From Eledone cirrhosa (taxonomy: Eukaryota), in assembly GCA_964016885.1 (NCBI GenBank), contig OZ024755.1, forward strand, positions 22,692,001 through 22,756,000: a stretch of DNA of 64,000 nt, given 5' to 3'. The stretch's first letter is position 1. Every line of letters begins with the position of its first letter. Below the pieces are notes generated by a model, which saw only the letters and a program-made list of their open reading frames with translations, was not told the origin of the DNA and did not search any database. Below are positions 40,064 to 53,282 of this stretch, piece after piece. Made by a program: the position numbers and the translations under genes.

Positions 40064-40158
40064 CTTTTTCACTTTGACACCCAATGTAAAGAGTTGTTTG
40101 GTAAGGAAATGAGAATTTGTATCTAGAGTTTGGCCTTTCAGGATTTCATCACCAATAA
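40064..40158 (-). CDS. FLAD1: FAD synthase, first identifiable coding exon (start of MPTb/CinA-like domain)
   Basis: ttttgcag|TT ATT GGT GAT ... AAA AAG|gtatg; IGDEILKGQTLDTNSHFLTKQLFTLGVKVKK matches the IGDE(I/L)LxG..DTN motif; it starts in phase 1, so an upstream exon is required. Confidence 0.95.
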
Positions 40159-40974
40159 CTGCAAAACAATAAACAAACAAAAAACAGGGAAAAACAATGT
40201 ACAAAATCTCCTGTTCCTAATTCTGAAGGGAATAATTATTTAAAGAAATTATGTCCTTTTTTTTTCTTCAGCGACATATAAAATCTACATTCTTCGATAC
40301 CTTGCCTGTGATCCCACATCATTTATGTTCCCATAGTTTACATTTGGGGCATAGGATGGAATTTCTACCTACTCCTTTCATCCACACTGAGCAAGGCCAT
40401 CCCCTGAGGGAAACGGGGCCATGTAATGTAGTTCTTGCGAAATGGTTTCTGATTTAGGCACAAAGCTAACAATTGGAGGGTGGGGTGGGGTGGGGTGTAG
40501 AAAGTTGATGAAATCAACCCCAGTGCATTACTGGTACTTTATTTTATTAACCTCATAAGAATGAAAGGCAAAGCTAACCTTGGTGGGATTTGAACTAAAG
40601 GGCCAAAACTATGCCACAAAGCATGTTGTCCAACACTCTACTGATACTGTCAATCCACCGCCCTTCTCGCTAAATGATGTTATTTGTATACACACACACA
40701 CGAAAGCCTGGAATTATAGTCATCTGATACAGAATATTGTTTGCCATTTACAATATAAAAGAGAAAGAAGATAAACAAAACAAAGAAATAACTGCACATC
40801 CTATAAACAGTCATTAAGACAATAATAAGCCAAATTAGGAATAGAAAAATATAAGACTTCAATCATAGGACTAGCTCTATATGAACAACATTCCATTTTG
40901 CTATAAATTACAAACAATTTACAACAAACTAAGACATCCATCATTAGTGCTATGATAGAATATATGGCATGCAC

Positions 40975-41420
40975 TTCATAAAGTGGGTGTGATGATGCTA
41001 TGATAAAATGCACTGAGTACACACTGTAAAGTGGTAGTGTTGGAGTGATGATAAAATGTCCCCAGTACACACTGTAAAGTGGTAGTGTTGGAGTCATGAT
41101 AAAATGTCCCCAGTACACACTGTAAAGTGGTAGTGTTGGAGTCATGATAAAATGTCCCCAGTACACACTGTAAAGTGCTAGTGTTGGAGTCATGATAAAA
41201 TGTCCCCAGTACACACTGTAAAGTGGTAGTGTTGGAGTCATGATAAAATGTCCCCAGTACACACTGTAAAGTGGTAGTGTTGGAGTCATGATAAAATGTC
41301 CCCAGTACACACTGTAAAGTGGTAGTGTTGGAGTCATGATAAAATGTACCCAGTACACACTGTAAAGTGGTAGTGTTGGAGTCATGATAAAATGTCCCCA
41401 GTATACACTGTAAAGTGTTG
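40975..41420. repeat. 48-bp tandem repeat, about 9 copies
   Basis: tgataaaatgtccccagtacacactgtaaagtggtagtgttggagtca. Confidence 0.97.
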
Positions 41421-41424
41421 GGGT

Positions 41425-44400
41425 CACGCTAGCATGGGTTAGACGGGAGTTGTTCCACTTGAGGCAAGGCTGGTCGGGTGACCGTGTCTTCCTCATATAG
41501 GACTATCTGGCAGGTTTTCTACGGCTGGAAGCCCTTCCTAACACCAACCACATTTACAGTGTGGAATTGGGAACTTTTTACCGTGTTACCTACACGGCCA
41601 CATTACAGAGTGGACTGTGTGTGTTTTTTGTCGTGACACCTACACGAACTCGATCTCATTTTCTCGTGCTGTTGGTGGGAGTGGGAGGATAGGGTAGGGG
41701 TAGTAGATGGGGGTGTATATTTGGTTAAGAGGAGCCTACTGATTGTAGGTTTCGCTTTGTACATAGGCAAGGCGGGTCTTCTGTATTACTGCATAGCGCC
41801 AAAGGTCTCGGTCCAGAGACATTGTCTTAGAGAGATGTAAGTGTGTGAGGTCAGAATTTATCAGATCATCCCAGGTTTTTCTGGGTCTACCTTCTCCGTA
41901 ACTACCATCAATTTTGATCGCCCTGCACTTTTTTATGCAGCTGTCGTCTTTCATGCGCATCACGTGACCATACCAACGGAGTCTTCTCTCAAGTAAACAG
42001 CATCTGATCCCTCTTATTCCTAATTTCTCACTTAGTTCATTTATGCTTTGCCGTTCACGTATATTACTATTACACATCCAACGGAGCATGCATGCTTCGT
42101 TCCTTTCCAGTCTACGCAGGTCCTCTGCACGTAATGCCCATGTCTCACTGCCATGTAGCATTGCTGTTCATATACAGGCATCATACAATCTGCCTTTCAT
42201 TTTTAGAGAGAAACCTTTTGTGGTCAACAGCAGTATAAGCTCTCTGAACTTTTTCCATCCCGTTCTGACTCTGGCTACTCTACTTTCAGAGCACCTCCAC
42301 CACTGCTGATTTTGTCACCCAGGTAACAGAAAGTGTCCACTATTTCTATAGAACCATCTGGGCAATGGAAGGAGATAGTATCCTTTGGACACTTGCTACT
42401 TATTGCACCTGAGCATTGGCCACATATAAAGTCTACGTTCTTAGATAGTTTACCTGTGATCCCACTACATCTTTTATATACCCATACTTTGCATTTGGGA
42501 CATAAAATAGAATTTCTGCCTACTCCTTTCCTACACACTGAGCATGGCCATTTCCCTGAGGGCACCTGTGCCCTATTTTCCTTTCTACAAACTAGAACTT
42601 TAGTCTTAGACAAGTTAACTTTAAGGCCTTTTGATTCTAGGCCATGCTTCCATGTTTCGAATTTCTTCTCTAGTTCAGCCATTGATTCAGCTATGAGCGT
42701 TAGATCATCTGCGTATAGGAGTTCCCATGGGCAGCCGGTCTTGAACTCCTCTGTTATAGCCTGAAGGGCAATAATAAATAAGAGGGGGCTAAGGACAGAG
42801 CCTTGATGAACGCAAACTTTTACACTAAATTCTTCACAATATTCATTATTAATTCTAACCTTACTGACTGTTTCATTATACATAGCTTGTATAGCTCTCA
42901 CAAGCCATTCATCTACACCTAGTTTTCTAAGAGCCCACCAGATAATGGAGCGGGGGACTCTGTCAAAAGCTTTCTCCAGGTCTACAAAAGCTAAGTAGAG
43001 GGGTTTACCTTTAGCTAGGTACTTCTCTTGTAGTTGTCGTACAAGGAAAAGAGCATCTGTGGTACTTTTACCTGACACAAACCCAAACTGCATTTCATCT
43101 AAATCAATTAGCTCTCTGATTAGTTGCGCTATAACTCTTTCTGTGACCTTCATGACCTGGTCAACTAACTTAATGCCTCTATAATTTCCCCAATCTAGAG
43201 CATCCCCTTTACCTTTGTAGCAGTTAATGATGATGCTGCTACTCCAGTCTTTCGGTATGACCCCATTCTGTATTACTTGGTTAACTATACGGGCGACCAT
43301 AGTGTGTCCCACCATACCAGATGCTTCAACATCTCAGCAACTATCTCCGAAGGCTCAGCTGCCTTGCCTGTCTTCATATCTTTGATTGCCTTACTTATAC
43401 TACCTTTAACTTGCACCGCTGGTCCTTCTATTGGATCGATTTGGGGCAGACTATCTTTTTCCCATTTATTCTCCTCATTTAATAGTCTCTTGTAGTGACA
43501 CTTCCAAGCTATCTTCTTACCAGTATCAGTGAGCGCAAGTACACCATTATCATTACGGACACACTTGTCCCCGACAATATCATGGTTTTCTTGACACATT
43601 GTCTAGCAATCCTGAACACCTCACGTTTTTGGTCCTCACGTTGCAGAACATGCTTGAACTTTCTATCCTTTGCTACCCTTTTTGCAAGGTACACTTGTCT
43701 CCTAGCTTCTCTCCTGGCCACTTGATAGTGCTCTCTACTTCCCCCATCCTGCCATACTTTCCAAGCCTGCTTTTTGGCCTTGATTGTCTCTTCCACCTTA
43801 CTGTTCCACCACCAAGTTACTCTTCTCCTGCCAATAGGTCTGCTCCAGCCACAGATTTCATCCGTTGCTTTCAGCAGGTTCACTTTCAAGAATTGCCACT
43901 GTTCCTCTATATTGCACATCTCTAATTGCCCTTCCTTATTGTCAAAGGCATCAAGTAATAAGCTTTTAAATTTGTCACTGGCTATGGAGTCCTTCAACTT
44001 CCATATTCTTCTCCTAAAGGGAGGCCTCCTCTGTCGTCGAGTACGTCTATGAGGTCACTAACTACTAGGCTATGTTGGGAGGTGCATTCTTCACGGGGGA
44101 GTGATTTAGTGTTTACAACAGACATTTTGTCCCGTCTTCTAGTAAGGATATAATCTATCTTGCTGGCGTGTTCCCCTGATCTACGTTTTTTGAAGTTTGT
44201 GTTACAGATAGTTAAGCTATTTGCATCACAGAATTCCAGGATTCTGAAGCCCTCCTCATTTCTATTTCCAACCCCATAGCCTCCATGGATTCCATCATAG
44301 CCATCACTATGTTGTCCAACGTGACCGTTTAGATTGCCAGCAATAATTAAGTAGTCACTGTCGGTTATTTGGGAGGTAGTGTGCATTAGCATCTCATAGA

Positions 44401-44712
44401 ACCTGTCCTTTATAACATCAGGTAGACCAGATTGGGGTACATAAGCAGATATTATTGTCACAGTAGTTCTATTTAGAACTAGTCTTAATTCAATTATTCT
44501 GTCATTCACTCTATTTACATCAATTACCTTATCTAGCCATTTTTCAGCTAACATAATTCCTACACCACCCTGTCCATTGTCATTTCCCACCCAGAAAAGT
44601 TTATAGCATCGTTTTTTACCTACGATGAATCTGGCAGACCCCCCCCCCCTCTCCACCTAGTCTCTTGAATACAACAAACATCAACTTCTTTACGTTCAAG
44701 CATCTCTCAGAC
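41425..44712 (-). mobile_element. near full-length, frameshifted RTE (BovB-like) LINE
   Basis: APE domain (VDVCCIQETRW, GVGIML, SAYVPQ, GNLNGHVG, IDYIL); RT (NYRGIKL, QFGF, FVDLEKAFDRV, HQGSVLSP, LYADDL); Cys-rich insert; RLRWYGHV..GRPRKTW; 3' tail. Confidence 0.97.
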
Positions 44713-45981
44713 TCAGAAGCTCCCGCGTCTTGCGACGCATGAGGCAATCATAGTGTTCCACCGCGTTCGGTCAGCAGCCAGTTGCACAGCGTCCCGCCAT
44801 TGTCTGTTTGTCGCTCGCAGGTCCCTCTCAACTGTCTGGCGCCAGTTCATTTTGGGTCGCCCTCTCCGTCTGCTTCCCTGTGGGTTCCATTTAAGTACTT
44901 GGTTCGCCAGTCTCTCCGGGGAAAGTCTCAAAGCGTGCCCAAACCAGCCCAGGCGTCGCTTTCAGCTGGCAGAAGAGACTAGCTGCTGGTTGGTGCGTTT
45001 CCTGACTTCCTGGTTTGTTACATGGTCACTCCATTTAATCCCCAGGATCTTTCGCAGACACCTGGAATCGAATGCGTCCAACTTCTTCTCTTGGCTGGTC
45101 TTAAGGTGCCATGTTTCACTTCCGTACAAGAGTATGGACAGCACGTTGCTGTTGTAGAATCTCATCTTTGTTTTGAGGGTGAACTTCCTGCTCTTCCAGA
45201 TCTTGACAAGCTGGTTAAATGCTGCTGAAGCCTTTCCCATTCTACATTGCAATTCACTGTCCATGGCGCCCCCATTGTCAATGGAGCTTCCTAGGTAGGT
45301 GAAGTTGTCCACTATCTCCACCTCCCCCTGTTCAATGAAAACACTAGTTGGTGATGGGTGTGTCCCAGATAACATGCTTTTGGTCTTCTTAGCACTGATA
45401 TTGAGACCTAAGCTTCCTGCTTCGACACTGATATTGTTCATAATGATTTGCAGGTCAACTGTGCTCTCCGCAAAGTCCAGGTCAGACAACTTTTGCTCTC
45501 CCACCCAAGATATACCCTGGTCTTTCGACGCTCTTCTTAGTACCCAGTCAATGGCTATGGCAAAGAGAATTGGAGAGAGTGAGCAACCCTGACGCACACC
45601 AGTAACCACCTCAAACCAGTCACTGTAACCATCCTCTGTCCGTATGCAGCACTTGGAGTTTGCGTAAATCTGTTTGATTGCCGAAATGACTTTCTGGGGC
45701 AGACCATACTCATGCATGATGCTCCAGAGTGACGGTCGATGAATACTATCGAATGCTTTGGAGAAATCGATGAAGCTGACGGCGAGGGGCCTCTGGAATT
45801 CGTTGTACCTCTCAATGATGCGGCGTAACGTAAAGATCTGCTCTGCACAGGAACGTTTTGGTCGGAACCCTGCCTGTTGTTCTCGCAGTTCCCGGTCTAC
45901 CATGCCACGTATGCGGTTCAGGATCATCAGACAATAGACCTTCCCTGGTATGGAGAGAAGTGTCACTCCCCTCCAGTTGTC
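44713..45981 (-). mobile_element. 5'-truncated RTE LINE of a second family
   Basis: NWRGVTLLS, QAGFR, FIDFSKAFDS, GVRQGCSLSP, DLDFA (DD deleted), FTYLGS, LYGSETW, GSRRRGRPK. Confidence 0.95.
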
Positions 45982-47876
45982 ATTTAAAATGAGAGAGGAA
46001 AATCGAAGAATTTGAATTTTAGAGTGGTAAATAAGATTGTAAAAAAACACTGCTTAATGAGGATACTGCGGAAACAAAGAAAGGACAGGTTTAGCTTACA
46101 TTCTCAAAATCGACAGTTCGCCCTTAAGATAGATTAGATAGATAAATTCTGTCGATGGAAGCCAGCAAGATTTATTTTATACTTGCGATCAGCCGGGGGT
46201 GGGTGGGGTGGAGCAGAGTGTTTACAAAATTTGCGAGCGAGATGCAGGAAGGTTCTAGAATAATTATGGGTGACTTTAGGAGAAGTTTAGTTTTTAGGAA
46301 AGAATTTAAAATGAGAGAGGAAAATCGGAGAATTTGAATTTTAGAGTGGTAAATAAGATTATAAAAAAAACAACTGCTTAATTGAGGAGACTGCGGAAAC
46401 AAAGAAAAGACAGGTTTAGCTTACATTCTCAAAATCTACAGTATATATTACTTAAATATATATATATATATATATATATGCATGAGTATTTATGTATGTC
46501 TGTGCATATGAGGTTCGTATTTGTGACAACTGACAAAGAAAGAAAAAAATGAGAAATAAAGACGCCATTCTTATCGAAATGAAGATTTTTCTTTTACTTA
46601 ATATTAATGGAACTAAACAGTGATTTAGTTTAGAAAGCATTTACATTATTAATGCCCACATCTCATATAGTAGAGTACAGACTGCTCTCATATCTGGGCA
46701 AGGGAGGTAATATCAATGGATTACTGACATAACTGAACCAGCAATAGATGCTTGACCTGCTAGAAATAGCAGCCATATTACCACCTATAAACCCACTTAA
46801 AAATGGAAAGAAACGTGTGTCCAGGGATGGTTATGATGATTTTAATTGTAGGTCTGACATACTCAGTTACTTGTACATGTGTTGGCATTCAACTGAGATA
46901 GGTTGGGTCAAATAAGAAGAGGGATAGACTGCACCAGTCTTAAAATGCCCAAGAAATGCCATATGCAACAACGGTACCCCTATGTCTACATCAGAAGATA
47001 CAGAACCATACCATTATTATACTTTGACGCATAGAGTTACGGCCCTTGCCATTCTGAGTTCAAATCTCGCCAAGGTTAACTTTGCCTTTCATCCTTACGG
47101 GGGTCAATAAAATAAAGTACCAGTAATACACTGGGTAATTGCTGGCCTTGTGCCTAATGTAGAAATAATTATTAAAAAATTCTAATCGGTTGTTAGTTTT
47201 ACCTTTCATCCTAACAGGGCCAATAAAATAAAGTACCAGTCATGCACAGGGATTGATTTAAATGACTTTCCCCTGCACCAAAATTGTTGAACAGACAAAG
47301 GTTATATATGGTTAAGTTGGTACTTAAAAACAGAGTAATTTTAAAAGCTATAACATGTTCTTGTTGCTTAATCCTAGGACAAAGATGCTTAAGCAGTAAC
47401 CAACCCATCTTTTATATAGTGTGCTTAAGACTTTGTAACCACTATGTCCTTTTTTTTTAATGGTAAGGTGTGATTTAATAGAGAATTGTCTGCAATTTCT
47501 TACAGTTTAAGTCATCGTATAAAGCCCTATGAAACCTATGATCAAATTCCTTTATGCCATGACTATCCTATATTATATATCTAAGTTTAAAGTCTGTCTC
47601 GAGCCGAGGCTCATCAAGCTGGCGCTTATTCCAGTTTCTGTGACATTAAGAAACTGAGAGTACAAACCCACAAAACCCCCAAACCCTAAACAGGACACCA
47701 TCCAGCGTAGGATTAAAGCACAAACTATTGCTGGTACTCATTTTCAGTATACAGGAGCAACATGAAATGAAGTGTTTTGCTCAAGAATACAAAACACAAC
47801 CCAGTCCAGGAATCTAACCGACATTATTTATCTAGGACAACATAATCCAATGTTTCTTCATTATATTTATGGATAA

Positions 47877-48070
47877 AGGGCGGTGGATTGGCAGCATCAG
47901 TGGAGAGTTGGACGCCATGCTTTGCAGCAAAGAGTTACGGCCCTTTATGGTCTGAGTTCAAATCCCGCCGAGGTTAACTTTGCCTTTCATCCTTACGAGG
48001 AGGTCGATAAAATAAAGTACCAGTAATACACTGGGATAATTGCTGGCCTTGTGCCAAAAGTATAAACAAT
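47877..48070 (+). mobile_element. tRNA-derived CORE-type SINE (octopus OK/OR-like); about 10 copies in the window
   Basis: ggcggtggattggcag...gagttcaaatcccgccgaggttaactttgcctttcatcc...gtcgataaaataaagtaccagt; other copies near 15.7, 17.25, 17.8, 22.45, 27.65, 39.9, 40.55, 47.05 and 55.5 kb. Confidence 0.85.
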
Positions 48071-48341
48071 TATATTTATGGATAATTTTGCTGTTATTTC
48101 TAGCTAGTAGAACAACTACATAAAGGCTTACATAGATTTATTTTGCAAATAATACATTTATGGATATGCTCAGTAGATGACTAAAACAAGACTACCTTCT
48201 ATTTCTTGGCCAATATGTGATGTAAGATGTGATGTAAGACGTGATGTTACTATGTTTCGTCATTTTGGAAAACAGATACAAATAATCTCTGATGAGTTAC
48301 AAGATGAAACTTTGTTGAATAATCAACAAACCAAATAACTC

Positions 48342-48384
<43 letters not shown>

Positions 48385-49096
48385 ATGTATGTATGTATGG
48401 TCAGGTCACCAGTTGGTGCTACTGGTAACATGTATCCCAGTACAACCTGTTTCATGGTCGGGTCGTTGGCGACTAAACTGGCAACCCACACCAAGGTTTC
48501 CTTGGTGAGGAGGGTGACTTTGGACATCCTGCAGGACTAAAAACAAAACCTGTCAAAGGGCAAAGGAGCTCTTAAGAGTCAATGGCCATCCAAAATCACC
48601 GGGAGAGATGACCCCTTAGCCTTTGTCAACGCAGAATTCTAGGAGAAGGAAAACTCTGATATAACACCTGCAACTCTGATGGTATCCAATGATGTTGACT
48701 TGTTCTTCTTTTTGGTAAATATCATCTTGGTTAAGAGAGTGGGACTGGCTTTGTGCAGTGCCTTTGCTCACTATAAAAGCTTCACGGCACAGGCATTGCT
48801 TTATATCTGGAGATCTCTCTGCACTTGTCATCACATGGTACCATGGGCCCAGCACTATGTGTCAATAATTGTCACAACTATAGTGTTTGTACCGCTGGCT
48901 GGACTAAAAAGTCACACTCGTTCAGTGCATCGGTAGGGGTTCTCCTACATGGATATAAAGTAGTGGCCGTACTTGAAAACGAGTTGGCAGCCACCATGTA
49001 TGTATGTATATAAAAGGTAAACAGAAATAACAATAGAATCGGTACAGTATATGGAAGGGATATATTAGGTTAACGCTTGATATAGCAGGAAGAGAG

Positions 49097-49132
49097 TCTT
49101 AACGTTTCGGATGTTAGTCCTTCATCAGAAGA
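49097..49132 (-). ncRNA. minimal hammerhead motif; a copy at 63650-63685 has a CTGGTGA core
   Basis: tctt CTGATGA a gga(ctaaca)tcc GAAA cg TT aaga; palindromic AACGTT. Confidence 0.75.
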
Positions 49133-49370
49133 AAGAATGAGAAATAAGATAGATCGAGGGGAAGGGCGGGATGGAATTGGAAAAAATGTCTTTAGATGAA
49201 AATAACAGGTCCTTTCATGTTGACATCTCTTGCATTACAGGGTGGTCAAATAATCTCTGATGAGTTACAAGATGAAACTAGTCAATCTGATCCTCATCTA
49301 AGCTGTCAAAATCCCTGTGATTTAACCATAGGATCTAATTTTACAGCAAAACTAAATATATATTCATTAA

Positions 49371-49579
49371 CCCTTTAGCATTTAAACCAGCCGTATCTGG
49401 CCAGAATTCTCTCACCTCTTTCTATGTAAACCGGCTGCTCATATTGATGTTAAAGTATTGTTCTCAAAATAACTAATATCAAAATCTCAGATTCAATATT
49501 ATGCGACATAACTATGTGAAGTAAGGCCTTTACCATGAAAATATAACAATAAATATTGAGTAATATAAATGTTAAAGGG
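49371..49579. mobile_element. piggyBac-type MITE copy
   Basis: TTAA|cccttta...taaaggg|TTAA, same family as 23344. Confidence 0.85.
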
Positions 49580-49609
49580 TTAAATATATAAATATGACTG
49601 TCTACAGTG

Positions 49610-49790
49610 ATGTGGAGTATGTCTTCCCTGCACCGTGCAGGAGCTACCACATTAAGTAGCTAGATACAGCCATGAATGAGACCTTAAGGCTTATCACTAG
49701 ATGCCTCTGTCCCACACTGAGCATTTACCTGTGCTCTCAGGCATTGCATCTGCACCCCTTTGTGGAGAGTATCACACACAGGTTAATAAC
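49610..49790 (+). mobile_element. I/Ingi-like LINE remnant
   Basis: LDTAMNETLRLITRCLCPT, then after a frameshift TEHLPVLSGIA. Confidence 0.55.
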
Positions 49791-50228
49791 CAAGGCCTCA
49801 GTAGGCAAGCCTGCTACACATGGCAACAGTAAAAGTAGCGACAGCTCTATGTCAACATTTTCTAAACTAATCAACATTTAGTGCCAAGATTATAACTAAA
49901 TCTATCTAGTTAACCAGAATGAAGGTACCGCAGTAGAATTGTGGGGTGGTGGAGTGGCTGTAGTTGTATTATAGACACCATTAGCATATTATCAGTTATG
50001 GTGACAGTGGGAGTTGCACTGGCTCACACATATGACCAGATACAAAGTACTAACCAACTACTGTGATAGACAAGTTTTTATGATCAGCCAAAACAAATAC
50101 TGCAAAGCATTCTGTCCAACATTCTAACAACTGTCAATTCACTGCCATGTATGTATGTATACTAAAATGCAATTATCACAATTCCTTCATTTGCATGCCT
50201 TGCATTTATTATCCATACACATATAGAT

Positions 50229-50710
50229 ATCATCATCATCATCATCATCGTTTAACGTCCATGTTCCACGCTTGCATGGGTTTGGACGGGAGTTTTCCCA
50301 CTTGAGACAAGAGTGGTTGTCTTGCTCGCATAGGACTGTCTGGCGGGTTTTCTACAGCTGGATGCCCTTCTTAACACCAACCACATTTACAGCGTGGACT
50401 GTGTTTTTTTGTCGTGACACCTACACGATCTCATTTGTTTCAGCCTGGATGTTGTGTCACCAACATAACTTTACATTGAAAGGGGTGGTGTGGATGGGGT
50501 GGGGGTGGTGGGATGGGGGTGTATTTTGTTAGAGATGCCTACTGACTGTAGTAGGTTTTACTTTGTATTTAGGTAAGGCGTGTCTTCTCTATTACTGAGT
50601 GCCGCCAAAGATCTCGGTCCAGTGACATTGTCTTGGAGAGGTGTAAGTGTGTGAGGTCGGAGTTTATCAGGTCGCCCCAGGTTTTTCTGGGTCTGCCTAC
50701 TCCATGGCTA
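50229..50710 (-). mobile_element. RTE 3' end
   Basis: closely matches the reverse complement of 63030-63550. Confidence 0.9.
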
Positions 50711-51521
50711 ACAGCATGCAATTACAGCTGCATGCACAGAACCTTCTGCACACTTTCTTGTACATTTTTATGTCTATTGCTTACATAGACATGTTCTTTA
50801 TTGAATGTGTACAAACTCATTTGTATGGTACACACACACAGGTTTTCTTGTATGTACAAGCATGCTTTCATATACACCTCCATTATGAATCACATTGTGT
50901 TAGTGTTACTGGTAATTTATACCAGCTGATCAAACCAGCACTGTATGAAAATGAGTATCTCCATAACTGCATTGTTTACAAAAAACTATATAATCTATCA
51001 GTTTATATTTGCCTCAGGACTGAGTAATTGAACATCACTAATGATGGGTAGAAATCCTGAAATACTAGTATTTGGTGCTCTTACACGACTACTTGGGTAG
51101 CTGTGACATGATTACAACTTGAAATACCCACAGTGAGACTTATGTAAGTATATTATAGATAAACATACTGTATATGCTTTCATATAAGCCTCTAATCTGA
51201 ATCACACTGCTAAGTAATGTATATATTTTACTAGATTAACTTTGTAGACTCATAACCAAAGATGTCCAGCATTCAGTGTATTATTTCTTGATACTAAAAT
51301 TGAAGCTTTTATTACATGTAATGTAATTTTGTGGTCAATCAAGTTTGTTACAGATAAATTGATTTATCGTATCCCATTCTCTGATTATAATAGTTGGAGG
51401 ATTAGGTTGTTGATGGCTTGCCTTACCGGAGTATCAGGTAATGTTCATGAAAGTGCTTAGCTATTCCAGCACCTTGGTCTCACTATCACCTATGGCAACG
51501 CCATGTATTGTTTTGCCTCAA

Positions 51522-51716
51522 CCCTTTAACATTTAAACCGGCCATATCCGACCAGAATTCTCACCTCTTCCTGTTCAAACTGGCCACTTATACTAACGTT
51601 AAGGTATTGTTCTCAAAATAAATAACATCAAAATCTCCTAGATTCGATATTATGTGAGGTAAACCCTTTACCACAAAAATACGATATATATATAGAGTAT
51701 TATAAAAGCTAAAGGG
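51522..51716. mobile_element. piggyBac-type MITE copy with TCAA flanks
   Basis: TCAA|cccttta...taaaggg|TCAA. Confidence 0.8.
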
Positions 51717-53111
51717 TCAAACTTCAGTGCCAACACCCTTATTGTGACATGTAATAGTGTGTGGATCTTCTCAAACCACCATTTTTTTTGTCTTTTGCTT
51801 GTTTCCTTCCTTTTTTTTTTGCCTGATTACTTTTTTACAGTAAATTGTTAATATTTTGATAATCCATGTAAATAAGGGTTTCCTGCTGTCTGAAATTCTA
51901 TATTTCAATTTTTTTTTTCTTTTCATCTTAAGGAGAGTGACTGTCAAGCAAGTTTGTGACAGAATCAATGCAAAGTCAGACAAAATACGAAGTATTTAGC
52001 TGTAGCCTTTAAGTTCTGAAATCAAATCCTTTCAGGGAATAAGTCTTTTATCATTCTAGCTCAATCAAATAAATACAAAGGACCGATATAATTAATGTAT
52101 ACTAACTAGATATGAACGAGATAATAAAAGTTAGGCAGGTCTATAAAGTATAACCAAAATGAACTAACAGAATTGTTCCAATTTTACTTTATACCAGGAA
52201 TGGACAAACTTTCTTTTAGTAGCAAACAAGATATTGTTCACCATAAAATAACGTTACAGCACTAAAAATATTATTCAAAATACAACGTATATAGTACATT
52301 GTATATGTATATTAATTACACTATAGCCAATTATCCATAGTTGTATAAATAACATTACAAATCGTTTGCAATTCTTTCAGAATGAAAATATAAACAGAGC
52401 ATATAAATAATTTTACAGTAAAATAACATAGCAAATATGTTTTAAATATATACATAAATAACATTACAAATGCTTCGATAACATTATAAATAGCTCGCGA
52501 TTCATTCAGAAAGATATATTCCTTTAATGTTACAATATTAAAGAAAATGTAAAGGAAGGGGTGAGCAACGGAGCCGACACCAGAGCAAAAGACAACAACG
52601 GAGCCAACACTAGAGCAAAAGACAGCAACGTCGCGAAGAGTACCGGGCAACCTCTACAATTGAACCAAGTTAATGAGTGTGTGAGTGAAAAACAGTAAAA
52701 ACGAAATTCTTTAAATTTAAAGGCATAAAGATTATCTTTTAAAGACAAAGATTATCTTTCAAAATTTTTAGTAGAAAGTCATGCTTATATAACTGACATT
52801 ACACGTGACATTAAGAACCATACAAATTGACTGTCCCAGATTGCCCTCACCTGCTTTACACACGCACTCAGCAGGTGTGTGGATGTAGGTGTATTAACGA
52901 AGAAAGTGTGGTAAGGAACCAGGTGGACCATAACGCACCAGAGTACTCGATACTTAGGGTAGTAGAGTGGGTAATAGGAAAAGAGGCAGGACCCCCCGAC
53001 GGCTGAGCTCCGGCCGTTTCGACAGACCTTCCTTACCTGCGTCAATTTTCAGTTCAGATCTAAAGGTCGAAACGGCCGGAGCTCAGCCGTCGGGGTCCTG
53101 ACTATTTTCCG

Positions 53112-53143
<32 letters not shown>

Positions 53144-53242
53144 AAGAGATCTTACTAGTTACGACCAGTGAGACCATTATTCAATTTAGTACTCTATAGT
53201 TAAGAAAAGTATAGTGTAAATATTATAAGGATTTTCAACGGC

Positions 53243-53282
<40 letters not shown>

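Noticed and set aside
40801-41496. 231-aa ORF with 16-aa repeats
   Set aside because: It is a translation of the 48-bp SINE-derived minisatellite.
46452-46640. ORF MLSKLNHCLVPLILSKRKIFISIRMAS as a mitochondrial presequence exon of FLAD1
   Set aside because: No convincing phase-1 donor, no TAGII-like end, and it runs into a microsatellite.
47211-47408. ORF MGWLLLKHLCPRIK... as FLAD1 exon 1
   Set aside because: Only a weak gtacca donor and no similarity to the expected N-terminal strand.
48281-49290. CTGATGAgttacaagatGAAAc motifs at ~48289 and ~49257
   Set aside because: The core is present but stem II and stem I pairing are missing, so they count only as fragments.
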